A stretch of DNA of 64,000 nucleotides from Eledone cirrhosa. Lineage: Eukaryota. The DNA lies in the NCBI GenBank assembly GCA_964016885.1, contig OZ024743.1, forward strand, positions 170,934,001 through 170,998,000, written 5' to 3'. This document shows positions 1 through 12,780 of the stretch, in pieces (positions within the stretch are counted from its first letter, which is position 1; the number at the start of each line of letters is the position of its first letter). The notes under the pieces were generated by a model, which was not told where the DNA came from, made no database searches, and saw nothing but the letters and a program-made list of their open reading frames with translations. The position numbers were made by a program, and so were the translations under genes.

Positions 1-3000
1 ACCATAGTCATAACTACTGTAAGACCACTGTATCAACACCATAGTCATAACTACCGTAAGACCACTGTATCAACACCATAGTCACAAGACCAGTGTATCA
101 ACACCGTAGTCAGAACTAATGTAAGACCACTGTATCAACACCACAGTCACAACGTCTGTAAGACCACTGTATCAACACAATAGTCACAACTACTATAAGC
201 CCACTGTATCAACACCATAGTCACAACTACTGTAAGACAACTGTATCAACACCATAGTCACAACGTCTGTAATACCACTGTATCACCACCATAGTCACAA
301 CTACTGTAAGACCACTGTATCAACACCACAGTCACAACTACAGTAAGACAACTGTATCAACACCATAGTCACTACTACTGTAAGACCACTCTATCAACAC
401 CATAGTCATAACTACTGTAACACCATTGTATCACCAACATATTCACAACTACTGTATGACCAATGTATCAACACCACAGTCATAACTACTGTAAGACCAC
501 TGTATCAACACCATAGTCACAACTACTGTAAGACCACTGTATCAACACCATAGTCATAACTACTGTAAGCCCACTGTATCAACACCATAGTCACAACTAC
601 TGTAAGACCACTGTATCAACACCACAGTCACAACTACTGTAAGATCACTGTATCAACACCATAGTCACAACGTCTGTAATACCACAGTATCAACACCATA
701 GTCACAACTACTGTAAGACCACTGTGTCAACACCACAGTCACAACTACTGTAAGACCACTGTATCAACACCACAGTCATAACTACCGTAAGACCACTGTA
801 TCAACACCACAGCCACAAATAGTGTCAGACCACTGTATCAACACCACAGTAATAACTACTCTAAGACCACTGTATCAACACCACAGTCACAACTAATGTA
901 AGCCAACTGTATCAACAACATAATCACAAGTACTGTAAGACCACTGTATCAACACCACAGTCACAACCTCTGTAAGACCACTGAATCAACACCATAGTCA
1001 CAACTACTGTAAGACCACTGTATCAACACCATAGTCACAACTACTGTAAGAACACTGTATCAACACCACAGTCATAACTACAGTAAGACCACTGTATCAA
1101 CACCACAGTCACAACTACTGTAAAACCACTGTATCAACACCACAGCCACAACTACTGTAAGATCACTGTATCAACACCACAGCCACAACTACTGTAAGAC
1201 CACTGTATCAACACCATAATCACAACTAATGTAAGACATCTGTATCAACACCGTAGTCACAACTACTGTAAGACAACTGTATCAACACCACAGTCACAAC
1301 TACAGTAAGACAACTGTATCAACACAATAGTCACAACTACTATAAGCCCACTGTATCAACACCATAGTCACAACTACTGTAAGACCACTGTATCAACACC
1401 ATAGTCACAACGTCTGTAATAGCACAGTATCAACACCATAGTCACAACTACTATAAGACCACTGTATCAACACCATAGTCACAACTACTGTAAGACCACT
1501 GTATGAACACCATAGTCATAACTACCGTAAGACCATTGTATCAACACCATAATCATAACTACTGTAAGCCCACTGTATCAACACCATATTCATAACTACT
1601 GTAAGACCACTGTATCAACACTATAGTCACAACTACTGTAATACCATTGTATCAACACCATAGTCACAACTACTGTAAGACCACTGTATGAACACCATAG
1701 TCATAACTACCGTAAGACCATTGTATCAACACCATAATCATAACTACTGTAAGACCACTGTATCAACACCATAGTCATAAGACCGCTGTATCAACACCAT
1801 AGTCACAACTAATGTAAGACCACTGTATCAACACCACAGTCACAACGCCTGTAAGACCACTGTATCAACACAATAGTCACAACGTTAGTAATACCACTGT
1901 ATAAACACCATAGTCACAACCACTGTAAGACCACTGTATCAACACAATAGTCACAACTACTGTACGACCACTGTATCAACACCATAGTCACAACGTTAGT
2001 AATACCACTGTATAAACACCATAGTCACAACCACCGTAAGACCACCGTATCAACACAATAGTCACAACTACTGTAAGACCACTGCATCAACACGATAGTC
2101 ACAACTACTGTAAGACCACTGTATGAACACAATAGTCATAACTACCGTAAGACAACTGTATCAACACCATAGTCATAACTACTGTAAGCCCACTGTATCA
2201 ACACCATAGTCATAACTATTGTAAGACCACTGTATCAACACCATAGTCACAACTACTGTAATACCACTGTATCAACACCATATTCATAACTACCGTAAGA
2301 TCACTGTATCAACACCATAGTCATAAGTCCACTGTATCAACACTATATTCACATCTACTGTAAGACCACTGTATCAACACCATAGTCATAACTACCGTAA
2401 TACCACTGTATCAACACCATAGTCACAATTACTGTAAAACCATTGTATCAACACCATAGTCATAACTAGTGTAAGACCAATGTATCAACACCACAGTCAC
2501 AACTACAGTAAGACCACCGTATCAACACCATAGTCACAACTACTGTAAGACCACTGTATGAACACCATAGTCATAACTACCGTACGACCACTGTATCAAC
2601 ACCATAGTCATAACTACTGTAAGACCACTGTATCAACACCATAGTCACAACTACTGTAAGACCACTGTATGAACACAATAGTCACAACTACTGTAAGACC
2701 ACTGTATCAACAACACAGCCACAACTAGTGTAAGACCACTGTATCAACACCACAGTAATAACTACTCTAAGACCACTGTATCAACACCACAGCCACAACT
2801 ACTGTAAGCCAACTGTATCAACAACATAATCACAACTACTGTAAGACCACGGTATCAACACCGTAGTCACAACTACTGTAAGACCACTGTATCAACACCA
2901 CAGTCACAACGTCTGTAAGACCACTGAATCAACACCATAGTCACAACTACTGTAAGACCACTGTATCAACACCATAATCACAACTAATGTAAGACAACTG

Positions 3001-5060
3001 TATCAACACCGTAGTCACAACTACTGTAAGACAACTGTATCAACACCACAGTCACAACTACAGTAAGACAACTGTATGAACACAATAGTCACAACTACTA
3101 TAAGCCCACTGTATCAACACCATAGTCACGACTAATGTAAGACCACTGTATCAACACCATAGTCACAACGTCTGTAATAGCACAGTATCAACACCATAGT
3201 CACAACTACTATAAGACCACTGTATCAACACCACAGTCACAACTACTGTAAGACCACTGTATCAAAACCACAGTCATAACTACTGTAAGACCACTGTATC
3301 AACACCATAGTCACAACTACTGTAAGACCACTGTATCAACACCATAGTCACAACTACTGTAAGACCACTGTATCAACACCACAGTCACAACTACTGTAAG
3401 ACCACTGTATCAACACCACACTCACAACTACTGTAAAACCACTGAATCAACAACACCACAATCACAACTACTTTAAGACCACTGTATCAACACAATAGTC
3501 ACAACTACTGTAAGACCACTGTATCAACAAAACTGTCACAACTACTCTAAGACCATTGTATCAACACCACAGTCACAACTAATGTAAGCCCACTGTATCA
3601 ACACCATAATCATAACTACTGTAAGACCACTGTATCAACACCATAGTCATAACTACCGTAAGACCACTGTATCAACACCATAGTCACAAGACCAGTGTAT
3701 CAACACCGTAGTCAGAACTAATGTAAGACCACTGTATCAACACCACAGTCACAACGTCTGTAAGACCACTGTATCAACACAATAGTCACAACTACTATAA
3801 GCCAACTGTATCAACACCATAGTCACAACTACTGTAAGACAACTGTATCAACACCATAGTCACAACGTCTGTAATACCACTGTATCACCACCATAGTCAC
3901 AACTACTGTAAGACCACTGTATCAACACCACAGTCACAACTACAGTAAGACAACTGTATCAACACCATAGTCACTACTACTGTAAGACCACTCTATCAAC
4001 ACCATAGTCATAACTACTGTAACACCATTGTATCACCAACATATTCACAACTACTGTATGACCAATGTATCAACACCACAGTCATAACTACTGTAAGACC
4101 ACTGTATCAACACCATAGTCACAACTACTGTAAGACCACTGTGTCAACACCATAGCCATAACTACTGTAAGCCCACTGTATCAACACCATAGTCACAACT
4201 ACTGTAAGACCACTGTATCAACACCACAGTCACAACTACTGTAAGATCACTGTATCAACACCATAGTCACAACGTCTGTAATACCACAGTATCAACACCA
4301 TAGTCACAACTACTGTAAGACCACTGTGTCAACACCACAGTCACAACTACTGTAAGACCACTGTATCAACACCACAGTCATAACTACCGTAAGACCACTG
4401 TATCAACACCACAGCCACAACTAGTGTCAGACCACTGTATCAATACCACAGTAATAACTACTCTAAGACCACTGTATCAACACCACAGTCACAACTACTG
4501 TAAGCCAACTGTATCAACAACATAATCACAAGTACTGTAAGACCACTGTATCAACACCACAGTCACAACCTCTGTAAGACCACTGAATCAACACCATAGT
4601 CACAACTACTGTAAAACCACTGTATCAACACCATAGTCACAACTACTGTAAGAACACTGTATCAACACCACAGTCATAACTACTGTAAGACCACTGTATC
4701 AACACCACAGTCACAACTACTGTAAAACCACTGTATCAACACCACAGCCACAACTACTGTAAGATCACTGTATCAACACCACAGCCACAACTACTGTAAG
4801 ACCACTGTATCAACACCATAATCACAACTAATGTAAGACATCTGTATCAACACCGTAGTCACAACTACTGTAAGACAACTGTATCAACACCACAGTCACA
4901 ACTACAGTAAGACAACTGTATCAACACAATAGTCACAACTACTATAAGCCCACTGTATCAACACCATAGTCACAACTACTGTAAGACCACTGTATCAACA
5001 CCATAGTCACAACGTCTGTAATAGCACAGTATCAACACCATAGTCACAACTACTATAAGA
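1..5060. repeat. ~1.45-kb block at 1-1460 repeated at offset 3602 (third copy at offset 9400)
   Basis: GTCACAAGACCAGTGTATCAACACCGTAGTCAGAACTAAT at 81, 3683 and 9481, with the same downstream variant order. 3602 = 98x37 - 3x9 + 3. Confidence 0.85.
75..102. repeat. 28-bp deletion-variant monomer (first of many tens of copies)
   Basis: ACCATAGTCACAAGACCAGTGTATCAAC lacks 9 bp (CTACTGTAA) relative to consensus. The GTCATAAGACC and GTCACAAGACC forms recur through the array. Confidence 0.95.
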
Positions 5061-8000
5061 CCACTGTATCAACACCACAGTCACAACTACTGTAAGACCA
5101 CTGTATCAACACCACAGTCATAACTACTGTAAGACCACTGTATCCACACCATAGTCACAACTACTGTAAGACCACTGTATCAATACCATAGTCACAACTA
5201 CTGTAAGATCACTGTATCAACACCACACTCACAACTACTGTAAGACCACTGTATCAACACCATAGTCATAACAACTGTAAGGCCACTGTATCAACACCAT
5301 AGTCATAACTACCGTAAGACCACTGTATCAACACCATAGTCACAAGACCACTGTATCAACACCGTAGTCACAACTAATGTAAGACCACTATATCAACACC
5401 ACAGTCACAACGTCTGTAAGACCACTGTATCAACACAATAGTCACAACTACTATAAGGCCACTGTATCAATACCATAGTCACAACTACTGTAAGACCACT
5501 GTATCAACACCATAGTCACAACGTCTGTAATACCACTGTATCACCACCATAGTCACAACTATTGTAAGACCACTGTATCAACACCACAGTCACAACTACA
5601 GTAAGACAACTGTATCAACACCATAGTCACAACTACTGTAAGATCACTGTATCAACACCATAGTCATAACTACTGTAAGACCATTGTATCACCAACATAT
5701 TCACAACTACTGTATGACCACTGTATCAACACCATAGTCATAACTACCGTAAGACAACTGTACCAACACCACAGTCATAACTACTGTAAGACCACTGTAT
5801 CAACACCACAGTCACAACTACAGTAAGACAACTGTATCAAAACCATAGTCACAACTACTGTAAACCACTGTATCAACACCATAGTCACAACTTCTCTAAG
5901 ACCACTGTATCAACACCATAGTCATAACTACTGTAAGACCACTGTATCAACACCACAGTCACAACTACTGTAAGACCTCTGTATCAACACCATAGTCACA
6001 ACGTCTGTAAGACCACTGTATCAACACCACAGCCACAACTACTGTAAGACCACTGTATCAACACCATAGTCATAACTACTATAAGACCACTGTATCAACA
6101 CCACAGTCATAACTACCGTAAGACCACTGTATTAACACCATAGTCATAAGACCACTGTATCAACACCATAGTCACAACTACTGTAAGACCATTGTATCAA
6201 CACCATAGTTATAACTACGGTAAGACCACTGTATCAACACCACAGTCACAACTACAGTAAGACCACTGTATCAACACCATAGTCACAACTACTGTAAGAC
6301 CACTGTATGAACACCATAGTCATAACTACCGTAAGACCACTGTATCAACACCATAGTCATAACTACTGTAAGACCACTGTATCAACACCATAGTCACAAC
6401 TACTGTAAGACCACTGTATCAACACCATTGGCACAACTACTGTAAGACCACTGTATCAACACCACAGCCACAACTACTGTAACACCACTGTATCAACACC
6501 ACAGTCATAACTACTCTAAGACCACTGTATCAACACTACAGCCACAACTACTGTAAGCCAACTGTATCAACAACATAATCACAACTACTGTAAGACCACG
6601 GTATCAACACCGTAGTCACAACTACAGGAAGACCACTGTATCAACACCACAGTCACAACGTTTGTAAGACTACTGAATCAACACCATAGTCACAACTACT
6701 GTAAGACCACTGTATCAACACCACAGTCACAACTACAGTAAGACCACTTTATCAACCCCATAGTCACCACTACTGTAAGACCACTGTATCAACACCATAG
6801 TCAGAACTACTGTAAGACCACTATCAACACCACAGTCACAACTATTGTAAGAACACTGTATCAACACCACAGTCATAACTACTGTAAGACCACTGTATCA
6901 ACACCACAGTCACAACTACTGTAAAACCACTGTATCAACACCACAGCCACAACTACTGTAAGATCACTGTATCAACACCACAGCCACAACTACTGTAAGA
7001 CCACTGTATCAACACCATAATCACAACTAATGTAAGACATCTGTATCAACACCGTAGTCACAACTACTGTAAGACAACTGTATCAACACCACAGTCACAA
7101 CTACAGTAAGACAACTGTATCAACACAATAGTCACAACTACTATAAGCCCACTGTATCAACACCATAGTCACAACTACTGTAAGACCACTGTATCAACAC
7201 CATAGTCACAACGTCTGTAATAGCACAGTATCAACACCATAGTCACAACTACTATAAGACCACTGTATCAACACCATAGTCATAACTACCGTAAGACCAT
7301 TGTATCAACACCATAATCATAACTACTGTAAGCCCACTGTATCAACACCATATTCATAACTACTGTAAGACCACTGTATCAACACTATAGTCACAACTAC
7401 TGTAATACCATTGTATCAACACCATAGTCACAACTACTGTAAGACCACTGTATGAACACCATAGTCATAACTACCGTAAGACCATTGTATCAACACCATA
7501 ATCATAACTACTGTAAGACCACTGTATCAACACCATAGTCATAAGACCGCTGTATCAACACCATAGTCACAACTAATGTAAGACCACTGTATCAACACCA
7601 CAGTCACAACGTCTGTAAGACCACTGTATCAACACAATAGTCACAACGTTAGTAATACCACTGTATAAACACCATAGTCACAACCACTGTAAGACCACTG
7701 TATCAACACAATAGTCACAACTACTGTACGACCACTGTATCAACACCATAGTCACAACGTTAGTAATACCACTGTATAAACACCATAGTCACAACCACCG
7801 TAAGACCACCGTATCAACACAATAGTCACAACTACTGTAAGACCACTGCATCAACACCATAGTCACAACTACTGTAAGACCACTGTATGAACACAATAGT
7901 CATAACTACCGTAAGACAACTGTATCAACACCATAGTCATAACTACTGTAAGCCCACTGTATAAACACCATAGTCATAACTTTTATAAGACCACTGTATC

Positions 8001-11000
8001 AACACCATAGTCACAACTACTGTAATACCACTGTATCAACACCATATTCATAACTACCGTAAGATCACTGTATCAACACCATAGTCATAAGTCCACTGTA
8101 TCAACACTATATTCACATCTACTGTAAGACCACTGTATCAACACCATAGTCATAACTACCGTAATACCACTGTATCAACACCATAGTCACAATCACTGTA
8201 AAACCATTGTATCAACACCATAGTCATAACTAGTGTAAGACCAATGTATCAACACCACAGTCACAACTACAGTAAGACCACCGTATCAACACCATAGTCA
8301 CAACTACTGTAAGACCACTGTATGAACACCATAGTCATAACTACCGTACGACCACTGTATCAACACCATAGTCATAACTACTGTAAGACCACTGTATCAA
8401 CACCATAGTCACAACTACTGTAAGACCACTGTATGAACACAATAGTCACAACTACTGTAAGACCACTGTATCAACAACACAGCCACAACTAGTGTAAGAC
8501 CACTGTATCAACACCACAGTAATAACTACTCTAAGACCACTGTATCAACACCACAGCCACAACTACTGTAAGCCAACTGTATCAACAACATAATCACAAC
8601 TACTGTAAGACCACGGTATCAACACCGTAGTCACAACTACTGTAAGACCACTGTATCAACACCACAGTCACAACGTCTGTAAGACCACTGAATCAACACC
8701 ATAGTCACAACTACTGTAAGACCACTGTATCAACACCACAGCCACAACTACTGTAAGACCACTGTATCAACACCATAATCACAACTAATGTAAGACAACT
8801 GTATCAACACCGTAGTCACAACTACTGTAAGACAACTGTATCAACACCACAGTCACAACTACAGTAAGACAACTGTATGAACACAATAGTCACAACTACT
8901 ATAAGCCCACTGTATCAACACCATAGTCACGACTAATGTAAGACCACTGTATCAACACCATAGTCACAACGTCTGTAATAGCACAGTATCAACACCATAG
9001 TCACAACTACTATAAGACCACTGTATCAACACCACAGTCACAACTACTGTAAGACCACTGTATCAACACCACAGTCATAACTACTGTAAGACCACTGTAT
9101 CAACACCATAGTCACAACTACTGTAAGACCACTGTATCAACACCATAGTCACAACTACTGTAAGACCACTGTATCAACACCACAGTCACAACTACTGTAA
9201 GACCACTGTATCAACACCACACTCACAACTACTGTAAAACCACTGTATCAACACCACAATCACAACTACTTTAAGACCACTGTATCAACACAATAGTCAC
9301 AACTACTGTAAGACCACTGTATCAACAAAACAGTCACAACTACTCTAAGACCATTGTATCAACACCACAGTCACAACTACTGTAAGCCCACTGTATCAAC
9401 ACCATAATCATAACTACTGTAAGACCACTGTATCAACACCATAGTCATAACTACCGTAAGACCACTGTATCAACACCATAGTCACAAGACCAGTGTATCA
9501 ACACCGTAGTCAGAACTAATGTAAGACCACTGTATCAACACCACAGTCACAACGTCTGTAAGACCACTGTATCAACACAATAGTCACAACTACTATAAGC
9601 CCACTGTATCAACACCATAGTCACAACTACTGTAAGACAACTGTATCAACACCATAGTCACAACGTCTGTAATACCACTGTATCACCACCATAGTCACAA
9701 CTACTGTAAGACCACTGTATCAACACCACAGTCACAACTACAGTAAGACAACTGTATCAACACCATAGTCACTACTACTGTAAGACCACTCTATCAACAC
9801 CATAGTCATAACTACTGTAACACCATTGTATCACCAACATATTCACAACTACTGTATGACCAATGTATCAACACCACAGTCATAACTACTGTAAGACCAC
9901 TGTATCAACACCATAGTCACAACTACTGTAAGACCACTGTGTCAACACCATAGCCATAACTACTGTAAGCCCACTGTATCAACACCATAGTCACAACTAC
10001 TGTAAGACCACTGTATCAACACCACAGTCACAACTACTGTAAGATCACTGTATCAACACCATAGTCACAACGTCTGTAATACCACAGTATCAACACCATA
10101 GTCACAACTACTGTAAGACCACTGTGTCAACACCACAGTCACAACTACTGTAAGACCACTGTATCAACACCACAGTCATAACTACCGTAAGACCACTGTA
10201 TCAACACCACAGCCACAACTAGTGTCAGACCACTGTATCAACACCACAGTAATAACTACTCTAAGACCACTGTATCAACACCACAGTCACAACTACTGTA
10301 AGCCAACTGTATCAACAACATAATCACAAGTACTGTAAGACCACTGTATCAACACCACAGTCACAACCTCTGTAAGACCACTGAATCAACACCATAGTCA
10401 CAACTACTGTAAGACCACTGTATCAACACCATAGTCACAACTACTGTAAGAACACTGTATCAACACCACAGTCATAACTACTGTAAGACCACTGTATCAA
10501 CACCACAGTCACAACTACTGTAAAACCACTGTATCAACACCACAGCCACAACTACTGTAAGATCACTGTATCAACACCACAGCCACAACTACTGTAAGAC
10601 CACTGTATCAACACCATAATCACAACTAATGTAAGACATCTGTATCAACACCGTAGTCACAACTACTGTAAGACAACTGTATCAACACCACAGTCACAAC
10701 TACAGTAAGACAACTGTATCAACACAATAGTCACAACTACTATAAGCCCACTGTATCAACACCATAGTCACAACTACTGTAAGACCACTGTATCAACACC
10801 ATAGTCACAACGTCTGTAATAGCACAGTATCAACACCATAGTCACAACTACTATAAGACCACTGTATCAACACCACAGTCACAACTACTGTAAGACCACT
10901 GTATCAACACCACAGTCATAACTACTGTAAGACCACTGTATCCACACCATAGTCACAACTACTGTAAGACCACTGTATCAATACCATAGTCACAACTATT

Positions 11001-12780
11001 GTAAGATCACTGTATCAACACCACACTCACAACTACTGTAAGACCACTGTATCAACACCATAGTCATAACTACTGTAAGGCCACTGTATCAACACCATAG
11101 TCATAACTACCGTAAGACCACTGTATCAACACCATAGTCACAAGACCACTGTATCAACACCGTAGTCACAACTAATGTAAGACTACTATATCAACACCAC
11201 AGTCACAACGTCTGTAAGACCACTGTATCAACACAATAGTCACAACTACTATAAGGCCACTGTATCAATACCATAGTCACAACTACTGTAAGACCACTGT
11301 ATCAACACCATAGTCACAACGTCTGTAATACCACTGTATCACCACCATAGTCACAACTATTGTAAGACCACTGTATCAACACCACAGTCACAACTACAGT
11401 AAGACAACTGTATCAACACCATAGTCACAACTACTGTAAGATCACTGTATCAACACCATAGTCATAACTACTGTAAGACCATTGTATCACCAACATATTC
11501 ACAACTACTGTATGACCACTGTATCAACACCATAGTCATAACTACCGTAAGACAACTGTACCAACACCACAGTCATAACTACTGTAAGACCACTGTATCA
11601 AAACCATAGTCACAACTACTGTAAACCACTGTATCAACACCATAGTCACAACTTCTCTAAGACCACTGTATCAACACCATAGTCATAACTACTGTAAGAC
11701 CACTGTATCAACACCACAGTCACAACTACTGTAAGACCACTGTATCAACACCATAGTCACAACGTCTGTAAGACCACTGTATCAACACCACAGCCACAAC
11801 TACTGTAAGACCACTGTATCAACAGCATAGTCATAACTACTATAAGACCACTGTATCAACACCACAGTCATAACTACCGTAAGACCACTGTATTAACACC
11901 ATAGTCATAAGACCACTGTATCAACACCATAGTCACAACTACTGTAAGACCATTGTATCAACACCATAGTTATAACTACTGTAAGACCACTGTATCAACA
12001 CCACAGTCACAACTACAGTAAGACCACTGTATCAACACCATAGTCACAACTACTGTAAGACCACTGTATGAACACCATAGTCATAACCACCGTAAGACCA
12101 CTGTATCAACACCATAGTCATAACTACTGTAAGACCACTGTATCAACACCATAGTCACAACTACTGTAAGACCACTGTATCAACACCATTGGCACAACTA
12201 CTGTAAGACCACTGTATCAACACCACAGCCACAACTACTGTAACACCACTGTATCAACACCACAGTCATAACTTCTCTAAGACCACTGTATCAACACTAC
12301 AGCCACAACTACTGTAAGCCAACTGTATCAACAACATAATCACAACTACTGTAAGACCACGGTATCAACACCGTAGTCACAACTACAGGAAGACCACTGT
12401 ATCAACACCACAGTCACAACGTTTGTAAGACTACTGAATCAACACCATAGTCACAACTACTGTAAGACCACTGTATCAACACCACAGTCACAACTACAGT
12501 AAGACCACTTTATCAACCCCATAGTCACCACTACTGTAAGACCACTGTATCAACACCATAGTCAGAACTACTGTAAGACCACTATCAACACCACAGTCAC
12601 AACTATTGTAAGAACACTGTATCAACACCACAGTCATAACTACTGTAAGACCACTGTATCAACACGACAGTCACAACTACTGTAAAACCACTGTATCAAC
12701 ACCACAGCCACAACTACTGTAAGATCACTGTATCAACACCACAGCCACAACTACTGTAAGACCACTGTATCAACACCATA
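1050..12780. repeat. Recent ~5.8-kb tandem duplication within the array
   Basis: Rare markers recur at offsets 5761-5801: TCATAAGTCC 2321/8085, GTCACAAGACCAGT 3683/9481, TAAACC 5861/11622, ACTACAGGAA 6621/12382, CTATCAAC 6821/12582. 5798 = 158x37 - 5x9 - 1 - 2, matching the indel variants counted in the interval. Confidence 0.9.

Noticed and set aside
144-159. Hairpins or terminators from ACAGT/ACTGT-type inverted pentamers
   Set aside because: Stems are only about 4-6 bp, depend on the polymorphic allele and have no U-tract. They are too weak to call a structure.
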